DNA of 64,000 nt from Cyanobacteriota bacterium (GCA_046045965.1 JBJOKS010000005.1:1-64000), one strand, 5' to 3'; shown: positions 18,134 to 28,413, counted from the stretch's first letter. Program-made: numbers and translations. Notes: generated by a model from the letters alone, not told the origin.

Positions 18134-21118
18134 TCATAGTCCATATAGTGCTGCTACTTTTTCATCTATTTCTTTTTCCCATTGTTCACAGTTCTCTCCT
18201 TTCGCGTCTAGGCATTTTTGGACTAATTTACTTATTGTTTCTTTCTCTTTTTTTGTTGCGTTGGGAATGGGAATTTTTTCTACATATTGGCGTTTAAAAC
18301 GTAAGTAATTACCTCTTATTTGCGCTCCGACTTCAATAAAAAACATCTCTACTGTAGAAGAATTGAGAACACCAAGTAAATACAGGTCATTAGTTGGAAT
18401 AATAAACGACGTATCATTTGTATAAGCACCTGTATTATCCAGAGCAAAGCGTGGTTTTTTAGAAATATCAGGAAAAACTATTTTAGGTTTTAGAAAAGCG
18501 GAAATATATCGTTTTTGTGGCTGTTGTAATTCGTACCATCGTTGTTTTGTTGCCCTTTGTTCAAGCCTTGATTTATAGGGAAGCAAATATTCTATTATAG
18601 TTGATAATTTTTGTACATCAATGTCATGATACATATAAATTAAATATTTAATATCAGAATCAATGCACCATTTATGAATTTGTTTACCTACTACTAATGG
18701 TTTGATAATATCTTCAATCTTGGGATTTTGGGATATTAATTTATCTCTAATCAACTTATCTATTATAAATGCTTCATTCAAACCAGTTACAACACCTCTA
18801 TATATTTGATTATTAGCATACTCACCTAATGTCATACCTGCTGCTTCCATCTTCTGAATACGATTAGCAGAAGAAGTATTAGTTAGTACCCAATTTGCAC
18901 CTTTAATAGCTGTAGGTGGTAAATTTTGTCCTTTATCTCTAATAATTTCCGCAACATCAGGATAAGGAGATTCTAAAGATTTAACTTGAGTGAAAATAGT
19001 TGAGTTATTTCCTGGTTTGATATTCTGTGCAATAAAAATCATTGGGTATGTAGTAGCACTTTGAAAAACCGGTAAATCTCCAAAATCTGTAATACTGTAA
19101 ATTTGACAAGTTTCAGAAATAAACTTTCTCAATTTTTCCCCATACTTTGCACGAAACCATTTGTTAGGAGTGATAAAGGTTAACATTCCTCCTTCTTTCA
19201 ACAATTGCAAAGCACGTCCATAAAAATAGCAATACAAATCAGCGCGATCGCTATGAACATCTGGGAAGTTTTTCTTTAAAGTAGGTTTGATATCTTTAAA
19301 TAATTCCATTCTCACATAAGGAGGGTTTGCAACTTGAATATCAAAACCACCATCCATAAATACTTCGGCAAATTCTACAGCCCAATCAAAATCAAAACCA
19401 TCTTTTTTTATAGTAGTTCCGTAGGTAATTAACCTAATTTCTGCTTTTAAATTTTCAATTTCTGTTTCTAAGTTCTTCTTTTGATTTACGTCTGAAGTTC
19501 GCATATAGTCAGCTTTCTTTTGCCGATATTGATTGATTAATTCACTCCTTATCATTCCTGTACTTGCTGGACTTGGTGCTGTCAAACTATCACCAATTTC
19601 AATTTTATATTTCAGGTTGGGTAAGGGTTTGGGTTTTTCTCCTTCATAGTCAACTGCTAAAGATAACCACAACCGCAACCTCGCAATATTGACTGCAAAA
19701 ACATCAATATCAACTCCATAGAGATTATTTTCTATGATTTCTAATTTCCGTTCATAAACACTTTCCGCACCGATTTTATTATTTGCAAATAAACAATGAC
19801 GCAAATCTAATAACTCGTGCAGAATTCCTAATAAATATGCGCCACTTCCACAAGCTAAATCACAACATTTCACTTGACGTAATGCGTCTAATATTGCTTC
19901 GGGATTATTTAATTCTGAGGAGTCATGTTCATCGACAAATTTATCTATTGCTTGTTTATGATCTGCATTATTTGTGAATTTCTGCAAATAGCCTTTAATA
20001 GCTTCCCGACACATAAAGGAAACTATCGGTTTAGGTGTATAATAACTTCCTGATTCGTGTCTACCTGTTACCAACTCTTCAAAAACTTTACCCAACATTT
20101 CTGGATCAACTGCAACATCTACATCTAAAGGTGTGCTTTCAGTAACGGTAAATGCGAAGCGTTGAAATAAGTCATGTAAAATACTATCTATACATTCATC
20201 GGGAATGATAATATTTGTGTTTTCATCTTCTTTATCTTGTTCAAATAGTCCCCCGTTGAGATAGGGAACACTTCCAATTAAATCTTTGAGAAAACCACCG
20301 TTGTTGATATCAACAATATTATGTTGTTGAGGGTTTTTTAAACCATGAAAGAAAAGTAGTGAAAGTCTGTCTTTATAGAAGTTTTTGGTATTTGTATCTT
20401 TGTCATTTTGGTAATCTTGCCATAATGTTTCTAAATATTCTGTATTTCCTTGAAAATTCAACCAGCCTTTTTTCTGAATAAAGGCTATAAACATGATCCG
20501 GTTAAATAGTTTTTGAGTGAATAACCGTTTCCGTTCATTTTCTTGAATACCGGAAATTAAGCTTTCGACTTTTTCAAAGGTTTTGCGATATTCTCTAAAA
20601 AATTCTTGGGTGACTTTCTCAACATCAAAGGCTTCATCGTGTAAGGTTTGAATATCTAATGTTGAGGAATTTTGATGATTTTCTATATCTAATAAACTGA
20701 TTCTTTCGGAAGCTGTGCGTAATGGTTCACCTTCACCAACGGTTATCCGTCGGAACAGTTTTCTTTTTTGTAAGGTGTTGTCGTATTTGACGTTGAGAAA
20801 ATGCCAGCGCGATTGTGATTTATTGGAAAATACAAATAATGTATAAGGATGTTTTTTGATGAGTTCATCAACTACTTTTCTTTCACTTTGTCTGGATAAA
20901 TTTTCTGTTTTTAGCCGACTATAAATAATATGAAAATCGTTGTTATTTCCCGCTGATGCTAATAATAATGGTTCTTCTGCTAGTTCGTTGATAACTGTTT
21001 CATTTAGTTGACGACTAGAAAGGGTTTGATTAACTCTTTCGTAATTTAATTGACTCCAAAATAGTTTTTTGAGTGTGTCAATGTTTCTCAAGTTTTCGAG
21101 TGAGTTAGCTACTGACAT
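18134..21118 (-). CDS. Large N6-adenine DNA methyltransferase with C-terminal target-recognition domain (Eco57I/TaqI-C-like); likely start ATG 21118
   Basis: YLNGGLF, DPEMLGKVFE, GSYYTP, motif I DLACGSGAY, motif IV NPPY, KPKIVFPDIS, YLLGVLNS. Confidence 0.9.
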   Translation of the reverse strand: MSVANSLENLRNIDTLKKLFWSQLNYERVNQTLSSRQLNETVINELAEEPLLLASAGNNNDFHIIYSRLKTENLSRQSERKVVDELIKKHPYTLFVFSNKSQSRWHFLNVKYDNTLQKRKLFRRITVGEGEPLRTASERISLLDIENHQNSSTLDIQTLHDEAFDVEKVTQEFFREYRKTFEKVESLISGIQENERKRLFTQKLFNRIMFIAFIQKKGWLNFQGNTEYLETLWQDYQNDKDTNTKNFYKDRLSLLFFHGLKNPQQHNIVDINNGGFLKDLIGSVPYLNGGLFEQDKEDENTNIIIPDECIDSILHDLFQRFAFTVTESTPLDVDVAVDPEMLGKVFEELVTGRHESGSYYTPKPIVSFMCREAIKGYLQKFTNNADHKQAIDKFVDEHDSSELNNPEAILDALRQVKCCDLACGSGAYLLGILHELLDLRHCLFANNKIGAESVYERKLEIIENNLYGVDIDVFAVNIARLRLWLSLAVDYEGEKPKPLPNLKYKIEIGDSLTAPSPASTGMIRSELINQYRQKKADYMRTSDVNQKKNLETEIENLKAEIRLITYGTTIKKDGFDFDWAVEFAEVFMDGGFDIQVANPPYVRMELFKDIKPTLKKNFPDVHSDRADLYCYFYGRALQLLKEGGMLTFITPNKWFRAKYGEKLRKFISETCQIYSITDFGDLPVFQSATTYPMIFIAQNIKPGNNSTIFTQVKSLESPYPDVAEIIRDKGQNLPPTAIKGANWVLTNTSSANRIQKMEAAGMTLGEYANNQIYRGVVTGLNEAFIIDKLIRDKLISQNPKIEDIIKPLVVGKQIHKWCIDSDIKYLIYMYHDIDVQKLSTIIEYLLPYKSRLEQRATKQRWYELQQPQKRYISAFLKPKIVFPDISKKPRFALDNTGAYTNDTSFIIPTNDLYLLGVLNSSTVEMFFIEVGAQIRGNYLRFKRQYVEKIPIPNATKKEKETISKLVQKCLDAKGENCEQWEKEIDEKVAALYGL

Positions 21119-21420
21119 AGTTAGATGAATATTGGTAGTGACACTGGTATATAAAGGATGTTTTAAACAACCTTTTAATACAATAGTCACACAGTGAATA
21201 CTATGTCAATATTGATACTAATTTAGCATATAAAAATTAATACATATTTACAAACCACCTTTACAAATAAAGATGTATTGTTGTATTTGTATACAAAATT
21301 ATACGTCAGCGATCGCCCAAAAGTAAAAGTCAAAAGTCAAATCAGGAATCTTATTTCTGGAGAAAATGTCAATATTGTTTATGTTATGTAAATGCGAACG
21401 CTCACACAAATAACATCCCC

Positions 21421-22398
21421 ATGATAGAAGTTGAACATCTCAGTAAAATATATGGTTCTACCGCTGCGATAACTGATGTCACCTTTAGCGTAGAACCAGG
21501 AGAAATTTTAGGTTTCTTAGGTCCTAACGGTGCGGGTAAAACCACAACTATGCGAATTTTAGCCGGTTATCTGCCAGCAACCAACGGTAAAGCCAAAATT
21601 GCCGGGTATGATGTCCATGAAAATTCCCTCGCTATCCGCCAAAAAATCGGCTATTTACCGGAAACACCGCCCTTATACCCCGAAATGACGGTAGAGGGAT
21701 TTCTGCACTTTGTAGCTCGAATTAAAGGGGTATCCGCTGGCGATCGCCGGCAAAAAGTTGAAGCAGCCATGAAACGCTGTAACCTTACAGAAAAGCGTAA
21801 AGTCATTATTCGCAAGCTTTCTAAAGGTTTTCGCCAAAGAGTGGGAATAGCGCAAGCAATAGTCCACGATCCCCCAGCCATTATCCTCGATGAACCCACC
21901 GTAGGACTAGACCCCCGGCAAATTATCGACGTGCGAAACCTGATCAAAAGCCTAGCGGGAACCCACACCATCATCCTTTCTACCCACATTCTCCCAGAAG
22001 TGAGCATGACTTGTAGCCGTGTAGCTATCATCAATCGCGGTAAGGTTGTAGCTACCAATACACCAGAAAACTTGATGACCCAGTTGACAGGAGGCTCTGG
22101 TTATGAAATAGAAATTTCTGGAGAAGTGGGACTGGCCAAACAGGTATTACAGAATGTAACGGGCGTGATTTTGGTAGAATCAATGCCGGCAACTTATCAA
22201 AACCGTCCCCATCTGCGCGTCATATCTGAACAAGGAACAGAACCAGGAAAAGATATTGCAGCGGCTTTAATTCGGGGAGGATTTGATTTATATGAAATGC
22301 GGCGTGTGAGCGCCAGTTTAGAAGATGTATTTTTGCAACTAACAACAGAAGAAAAGAATTTACTCCCACCAACAGAAACAGAAGGAGAAACCGCATAA
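21421..22398 (+). CDS. ABC transporter ATP-binding protein (GldA-like)
   Basis: GPNGAGKT, LSKGFRQR, ILDEPT, STH. Confidence 0.9.
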   Translation: MIEVEHLSKIYGSTAAITDVTFSVEPGEILGFLGPNGAGKTTTMRILAGYLPATNGKAKIAGYDVHENSLAIRQKIGYLPETPPLYPEMTVEGFLHFVARIKGVSAGDRRQKVEAAMKRCNLTEKRKVIIRKLSKGFRQRVGIAQAIVHDPPAIILDEPTVGLDPRQIIDVRNLIKSLAGTHTIILSTHILPEVSMTCSRVAIINRGKVVATNTPENLMTQLTGGSGYEIEISGEVGLAKQVLQNVTGVILVESMPATYQNRPHLRVISEQGTEPGKDIAAALIRGGFDLYEMRRVSASLEDVFLQLTTEEKNLLPPTETEGETA

Positions 22399-22399
22399 A

Positions 22400-23212
22400 A
22401 TGGGCATCGTCATCGCTAATATTATCGCCATTTATCGTCGAGAATTACAAAGTTATTTTGTATCACCTTTGGCCTATGGTATAGCTGGCATCTTTTGGTT
22501 TATTTCCGGTTTATTTCTGGTCATGATATTATTAGGACCCGGTGGCATTTTACCCACAATTGCCGCTTATGATGTTCAAGGGCAGCAATTTGGAATTCCC
22601 GTTCCACCAATAGATGTACCCTATGAATTTATTCGCGCATTTTTAGACCGCATCAGTTGGTTATTATTGTTTATTTTGCCTATACTTTCAATGGGACTTT
22701 ATGCGGAAGAGAGAAAACTGGGAACATTAGAATTATTAGCCACATCACCAGTTACTAATTGGGCTGTAGCCGTGGGTAAATTATTAGGAGTGCTAACCTT
22801 TTTCATCACCATGATTTTACCATTACTAGGATTTGAAGCCTTAGCCATTAGCGGCTCAAATCCTCCCATGTCTCCCATTATTCCTATTGTTGGTCATTTA
22901 GGATTAATCTTATTAGCAGCAGCAATTTTATCTTTAGGAATGTTCATTTCTTCATTAACAAACAGTACCCTTTTATCAGCCGTCCTCACCTTTGCTGTTG
23001 TCATATTACTGTTATTAATTGATTCCATCTCTAAAGTTATTCCCGGTCCCATCGGACAAGCTTTAGGTCATCTTTCCCTACTCAAACATTACAACACATT
23101 AATTCAAGGTATTTTTGACACCAGCGCCTTAATTTTATTTGCCAGTTACATTATATTAGGCATTTTCCTCACTGCCCAATCAATAGATGCACTGCGTTTT
23201 CAAAGACAATAG
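22400..23212 (+). CDS. ABC-2 type permease (GldF-like)
   Basis: RRELQSYFVSP, AEERKLGTLELLATSP, about six TM helices. Confidence 0.88.
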   Translation: MGIVIANIIAIYRRELQSYFVSPLAYGIAGIFWFISGLFLVMILLGPGGILPTIAAYDVQGQQFGIPVPPIDVPYEFIRAFLDRISWLLLFILPILSMGLYAEERKLGTLELLATSPVTNWAVAVGKLLGVLTFFITMILPLLGFEALAISGSNPPMSPIIPIVGHLGLILLAAAILSLGMFISSLTNSTLLSAVLTFAVVILLLLIDSISKVIPGPIGQALGHLSLLKHYNTLIQGIFDTSALILFASYIILGIFLTAQSIDALRFQRQ

Positions 23213-23213
23213 T

Positions 23214-23371
23214 CAGGGAACAGGGAACAGGGAACAGGGAACAGTAAGAAGGCAAAAGGCAAGAGTTTATTGTTACCAATTACCAATCACCAATTACCAA
23301 TCACCAATTACCAATTACCCATTACCAATCACCAATTACCAATTACCAATTACCAATTACCAATTACCAAT
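23214..23371. repeat. STRR arrays (GGGAACA)n and (CCAATTA/CCAATCA)n
   Basis: Long heptamer run inside the ABC operon; it creates the spurious YQLPITN N-extension in the ORF track. Confidence 0.85.
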
Positions 23372-23372
23372 A

Positions 23373-25112
23373 ATGAAAAAAATCCCTAAAAAAAATTTTG
23401 CTAACCTACTATTTTTATTTGGACCATTCTTATTAGCCCTTGGTTTAACAGTCGGTTTAATATCAGATAATTGGGGTATATTACCTTTAGTATTTCTAAT
23501 TTCTGGTTTTGTAATTTGCATTGCTTGGGTTTTATTTAAAGCCCAGCAAAGTCAATTTTGGAATAAACGGTCTACCAAATCTACAACTAACGCTTTAGCT
23601 GCAACTTTGGCAGTATTAACAATATTAGGATTCATCAATTTTTTAGGTACTCGTTACCAATTACGACTAGATTTAACAGAAACTCAATTATTTACCCTCG
23701 CACCGCAATCTAAAGAATTACTGCGTAACTTATCCAAACCTGCAAAACTCTGGTTATTTACCACAGATGAAAATCTTCTAGACCAAGAATTATTAGAAAA
23801 TTATCGTCGTCAAACTCCTAACTTTAAATTTGAATATATCGACCCCCAAACCAGACCAGGTTTAGCAGAAAAATTTGGTGTTAAAGATTTTGGTGAAGTT
23901 TATCTAGAATTTGATAATAAACGTCAATTAGTACAAACAGTTAACGAAAATGAACGTTTATCAGAAGTTAGATTAACTAGCCGTTTGCAACAACTTATTA
24001 GCAACAACACCGCTAAAGTTTACTTTTTACAAGGTCACGGTGAACTAGAAATTACCGCTGCTAAAAATTCCATTTCTCAAGCAGTGCAAGGATTAACAGA
24101 CAAAAACTTCACAGCCTTACCTCTAAATTTAACAGAACAAACTACCATTCCTGAAGATGCTGCTGTTGTTGTCGTCCCAGGACCAAAACGAGAATTGTTA
24201 GCAGGTGAAGTTACAGCTTTACAAGATTATCTTAATAGTGGCGGTAATTTAATGTTAATGGTTGACCCCAATACAGATCCAAAAATTGATAACTTGCTTA
24301 AAGATTGGGGTGTAAAATTAGATAATCGTTTAGCTGTTGATATTTCTGGAGGAACTTTAGGACTAGGACCGGCTGCACCTTCAGTTACAGAATATGGACA
24401 ACATCCCATCACTAAAGATTTTGGTAATGGAATTTCTTTTTATCCCCTCGCACGTCCTATACTAATTGAACCAGTTTCTGATGTTCAATCTACTCCTTTA
24501 CTCAAAACCAAATCATATCCTAATAGTTGGGCAGAAAGCGACCAGCAAAACGAAAATTTAGAGTTTAACGAAGGTCAAGATTTAAAAGGTCCTTTAACTT
24601 TAGGTGTAGCATTAACTAGAAAATTATCATCCCCAACTCCTACAATTTCCCCAACTCCTACAACTTCACCAACTCCTACAAATTCACCAACTCCTACAAA
24701 TTCACCAACTCCCACAACTTCCCCAACTTCCACAAATTCACCAACTCCTACAAATTCACCAACTCCTACAACTTCCCCAACTCCTACAAATTCACCAACT
24801 CCTACAGAGTCACCAACCGAAGAAAATTCTCAAAATAAAACCAAAGAATCTCGGTTAGTAGTATTAGGAAACTCAGATTTCGCGAGAGATGGTTTATTTC
24901 AGCAACAATTAAACGGAGACGTATTTCTCAACTCAGTAACTTGGTTGAGTCAGCAAGATCAACAACCGCTTTCAATTCGTCCCAAAGAACCAACAAACCG
25001 CCGCATTACCATGTCAACTGCAAAAGCAAATTTATTAAGTATTTCATCATTGTTGCTTTTACCTTTCATTGCTTTAGCAACAGGCGCTATTATTTGGTGG
25101 AAAAGAAGGTAA
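23373..25112 (+). CDS. GldG-like ABC transporter auxiliary component; start ATG 23373
   Basis: RLDLTETQLFTL, VYFLQGHGE, RLVVLGNSDF, internal (SPTPTN)n linker, C-terminal TM-WWKRR. Confidence 0.85.
   Translation: MKKIPKKNFANLLFLFGPFLLALGLTVGLISDNWGILPLVFLISGFVICIAWVLFKAQQSQFWNKRSTKSTTNALAATLAVLTILGFINFLGTRYQLRLDLTETQLFTLAPQSKELLRNLSKPAKLWLFTTDENLLDQELLENYRRQTPNFKFEYIDPQTRPGLAEKFGVKDFGEVYLEFDNKRQLVQTVNENERLSEVRLTSRLQQLISNNTAKVYFLQGHGELEITAAKNSISQAVQGLTDKNFTALPLNLTEQTTIPEDAAVVVVPGPKRELLAGEVTALQDYLNSGGNLMLMVDPNTDPKIDNLLKDWGVKLDNRLAVDISGGTLGLGPAAPSVTEYGQHPITKDFGNGISFYPLARPILIEPVSDVQSTPLLKTKSYPNSWAESDQQNENLEFNEGQDLKGPLTLGVALTRKLSSPTPTISPTPTTSPTPTNSPTPTNSPTPTTSPTSTNSPTPTNSPTPTTSPTPTNSPTPTESPTEENSQNKTKESRLVVLGNSDFARDGLFQQQLNGDVFLNSVTWLSQQDQQPLSIRPKEPTNRRITMSTAKANLLSISSLLLLPFIALATGAIIWWKRR
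24628..24820 (+). repeat. In-frame 18-bp tandem repeat encoding a Ser-Pro-Thr linker
   Basis: About 10-11 imperfect copies of CCAACTCCTACAAATTCA. Confidence 0.85.
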
Positions 25113-25192
25113 TTCATAATTCATAATTCATAATTCATAATTACTTACTCTTCGCTGTTCCCTGTTCTCTGTTCCCTGTTCCCTATTGAAAA

Positions 25193-25834
25193 ATGAGACG
25201 TACAACTTTAATTTTGATACTTTTAGCCTTGGGTTTGGGAGGTTTTGTTTACTTTCATGAAATTAGAGGTTCAACTCAGCGAGAAGAAGTTAAAAAAAAT
25301 CAGCAGCAAATTTTCTCTTTTTCCGCTGATGATGTTCAGTCTTTATCTATTAAAACCAAGGATACAACATTAAATTTAGAACGTAGCGATAAACCAGAAC
25401 CGCCAAAATGGTTAATTAAATCGCCAATTTCTGAACCTGCAAATGATGCTATTGTTTCTTATTTAATGGATTTGTTGGTTAAAGGTAAAAGTGAAAATAC
25501 TGTATCAACTTCACCTAATGAATTGAGTGAATTTGGTTTAGTTCAACCCCTCGCAACTATTGATATTAAACTCAAAAATCAACAAAGTCATAAATTAATT
25601 TTAGGTAAGCCTAATTTTAACAATAGTTTCTTATATGCCCAAGTTGAACCGAATAATACCAAGCTTGAAAATAACCAGGAGAATACTCAGATTTTATTAG
25701 TTTCTAAAGATTTTGCTAATGCTGTAAATCGGGAATTATCCGAATGGAAACAAGCAGGTAAAGAAGCTGATAAAAATACTCAATCACAACCTTTACCCGG
25801 ACTACCTGAAAATATTCCATCCAATCAACAATAA
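25193..25834 (+). CDS. DUF4340 domain protein
   Basis: N-terminal TM; LSEFGLVQP, KLILGKPN; usual fourth gene of Gld-like ABC clusters. Confidence 0.75.
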   Translation: MRRTTLILILLALGLGGFVYFHEIRGSTQREEVKKNQQQIFSFSADDVQSLSIKTKDTTLNLERSDKPEPPKWLIKSPISEPANDAIVSYLMDLLVKGKSENTVSTSPNELSEFGLVQPLATIDIKLKNQQSHKLILGKPNFNNSFLYAQVEPNNTKLENNQENTQILLVSKDFANAVNRELSEWKQAGKEADKNTQSQPLPGLPENIPSNQQ

Positions 25835-25852
25835 TTATTACCAATTACTAAA

Positions 25853-26704
25853 ATGAAACCAACAGCAACTTTACTTATTTCTTGCCCTGATCAACGGGGA
25901 TTAGTAGCCAAATTTGCTAATTTTATTTATGCTAATGGTGGTAATATCATTGACGCTGACCAACATACAGATTTTGAAGCTGGTTTATTTCTCACCCGCA
26001 TAGAATGGCTGTTAGAGGGGTTTAATTTACCAAAAGATTTAATTGGTGCGGCCTTTAATTCTATTGCTCAACCTTTAGGTGCTACATGGGAATTACACTT
26101 TGCTGATACTGTTCCCCGTATTGCTATTTGGGTAAGTCGTCAAGACCATTGTTTATTTGATTTGATTTGGCGACAAAAAGCAAAGGAATTTCATGCAGAT
26201 ATCCCTTTAATTATTAGTAATCATCCCCATTTACAGGAAGTAGCAGCACAATTTGGCATTGATTATCACCACATTCCTATTAATAAAGATAATAAACTAG
26301 AACAGGAAATAAAACAATTAGAATTACTGCGTCAGTACAATATTGATTTAGTAGTTTTGGCTAAATATATGCAAATTGTTAGCGATAATTTTATTCAACA
26401 ATTTCCGCAAATTATCAATATTCATCACTCATTTTTACCGGCGTTTATTGGTGCTAATCCCTATCATCGAGCTTTTGAAAGAGGAGTAAAAATTATTGGT
26501 GCAACTGCCCATTATGCAACTGCTGATTTAGATTGTGGTCCCATTATTGAACAGGATGTAGTTAGGGTTAGTCACCGGGATAATGTCGATGATTTGATTA
26601 GAAAAGGTAAAGATTTAGAGCGAATTGTATTAGCTAGGGCTGTGCGATCGCATTTACAAAATCGCGTTTTAGTCTATGGGAATAAAACTGTAGTTTTTGA
26701 ATAA
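25853..26704 (+). CDS. purU: Formyltetrahydrofolate deformylase
   Basis: ACT domain SCPDQRGLVA; INIHHSFLPAF, GVKIIGATAHY, GPIIEQDV. Confidence 0.95.
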   Translation: MKPTATLLISCPDQRGLVAKFANFIYANGGNIIDADQHTDFEAGLFLTRIEWLLEGFNLPKDLIGAAFNSIAQPLGATWELHFADTVPRIAIWVSRQDHCLFDLIWRQKAKEFHADIPLIISNHPHLQEVAAQFGIDYHHIPINKDNKLEQEIKQLELLRQYNIDLVVLAKYMQIVSDNFIQQFPQIINIHHSFLPAFIGANPYHRAFERGVKIIGATAHYATADLDCGPIIEQDVVRVSHRDNVDDLIRKGKDLERIVLARAVRSHLQNRVLVYGNKTVVFE

Positions 26705-26743
26705 CAGAGTTTTACTCCTGCCTCCTGCCTCCTGCCTTCGTTA

Positions 26744-27148
26744 TTGTTGCTGTTTGGCTTAGTAACACTTTTGGAAATGAATTTGTTACGACTGGTGCGG
26801 CTTTATTATCCCTCAGATTCTTGGCAAAAAGTTCTTAAATCTGACCGCTTAGAAGCTGCTCAAAAATTATGGCGTGAAAGTCAAGAAAGAAATGAAGCCA
26901 CAGATTTATTAGATTATCTGCAATTTTGTGATAAGCGCGAATTGGTATTAAATCAAGCTGAACTGTTTGATAAATTGGGGTTAAAGTCAAAACGCTCTGG
27001 TGAACGCTTCCTTAAATCCGCTGAACATTTGCGAAACCGTTTAGCACACGCTCAAAATCTAGTCAGTGGCTCGTCTTGGCAAGAGTTGATTTCTTTGGCT
27101 GAAGGTCTAGAACGTTTATTAATTCATTGTGAAGAAATTGAATCTTAA
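26744..27148 (+). pseudogene. Probable 5'-truncated HEPN (Swt1-like) domain remnant
   Basis: Helical ORF with RxxxxH motif LRNRLAH; TTG start with no RBS directly after a CTCCTGC repeat. Confidence 0.5.
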
Positions 27149-27177
27149 CGTATTCAGGAATTAGCAAATATTTTCTG

Positions 27178-27762
27178 ATGCCAGTATACTTAAAGGAAAG
27201 CAGCAATGAAAAATTAAGAATTTATACAGGTGATATGTCTAAACAATTGCCATCATCAAGTGATTTAACAAAATTGCCAACAGAAGCAGAAAGAGAAGAA
27301 CAATTGATGCAAGATGTTCTTCTCTTATTAGAAAATATGATTTATAGAGAGGAGGCAACAGTTAAGCTAATCTTGAATTGTCTCTATGATGCGGGGGCAA
27401 CCAATTTAATTAACCAAAAGTTTCAGTCTGGGACTCTCAAGAAAACCCTGAAATCAATCGCCAAAATGTCTAAGCCCGCATTCAGAATGATTGCTTGGCA
27501 ATGGTTTAAGAAGAATTGCCCTAAATTAATTACTGATTGGCTACGAAGCCAGATTGAGTTTAAAAGAGTAGAAACCCCACAAGTGGAAATAGTATTAGAA
27601 AATCAACATATCCCGATAAATTCTCTTTCCCCGACTCAATATCAGATGTATGAAGTCAAACAACTTCGCTCGCAAGTGAAATTGTTAACTGGTATTTTAG
27701 TGGGGGTGGTGACTGTGTTAACTGGTAGCTTTGTTTGGGCTGGTTATTTATTAGAGCGATAG
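27178..27762 (+). CDS. Hypothetical membrane-anchored protein, truncated at the 3' end by a 21-nt insertion
   Basis: 194-aa ORF with WFKKNCPKLITDWL and a C-terminal TM; the stop codon is created by the insertion. Confidence 0.7.
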   Translation: MPVYLKESSNEKLRIYTGDMSKQLPSSSDLTKLPTEAEREEQLMQDVLLLLENMIYREEATVKLILNCLYDAGATNLINQKFQSGTLKKTLKSIAKMSKPAFRMIAWQWFKKNCPKLITDWLRSQIEFKRVETPQVEIVLENQHIPINSLSPTQYQMYEVKQLRSQVKLLTGILVGVVTVLTGSFVWAGYLLER

Positions 27763-27780
27763 CGAAGCGCTCCGTAGGAA
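27760..27780 (+). mobile_element. 21-nt SDR5-like element inserted in a HIP1 site
   Basis: GCGA[TAGCGAAGCGCTCCGTAGGAA]TCGC; removing it restores GCGATCGC. Confidence 0.85.
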
Positions 27781-27879
27781 TCGCATTTACAAGTAGTATA
27801 AGAATTGCAAACTCAGGTGAAAATTCTGGAAGCTAGTGTTAATAAGCCTTAGCTGGATGCTGACTGGTGACTGCATAAG

Positions 27880-28413
27880 TTAACGCCGATGGTTATCCCA
27901 GTCAAATGTGTCCGGGTTTGAAGCCCCAATTCTTCGCCAGGTGATCTTCCCTCTCGAAGTATCGAGCAATGTCTCTTCAACCACATCGGGTAACTGCTCC
28001 CAAGAAAGGTCTTCACATTGCAGCAAAGCTTTGAGTTTTTCCAAAGCATCCACAGCTGAACGGTCTTCTGGAAAATTTAGAGGATCGTTAACACGCAGAG
28101 GATCTCTTTGTACAGCTACAATTCCCTGACGCACGGCCATGGTGATTTTCTGAGACATCTCTGTTTTTCCATGATGCCATTGCCTTTGCCACCCTCTTCT
28201 GCCAGTCGCATACAGACCAGGTAAACGATTCAAGGCATAAGCTACTACTTCTGGTGCTTTGATGTAGTGAGCAGTTTTCACAGGTAAGGCTTGGATTTGT
28301 TTTTCAACTTCCTCTACCACTAACATTTCCATAACATTGCAACAATGTTTTTTTAATGCCTGTTGTTTGGAATTGTTGATGGAAGAATTTGAGGATGAAC
28401 GATAGTTGTACAT
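27880..28413 (-). CDS. Late competence development ComFB family protein
   Basis: NVMEMLVVEEV..EVVAYALNRLPGLYAT..AVQRDPLR. Confidence 0.8.
   Translation of the reverse strand: MYNYRSSSNSSINNSKQQALKKHCCNVMEMLVVEEVEKQIQALPVKTAHYIKAPEVVAYALNRLPGLYATGRRGWQRQWHHGKTEMSQKITMAVRQGIVAVQRDPLRVNDPLNFPEDRSAVDALEKLKALLQCEDLSWEQLPDVVEETLLDTSRGKITWRRIGASNPDTFDWDNHRR

Noticed and set aside
13651..21118. Calling the locus DISARM, BREX or Type I R-M
   Set aside because: Core partners (DrmA/DrmB, BrxC/PglZ, HsdS/HsdR) are absent from the neighbourhood
23187..23372. 62-aa N-terminal extension of the GldG-like ORF
   Set aside because: It is translated STRR sequence overlapping the upstream gene; ATG 23373 is the credible start
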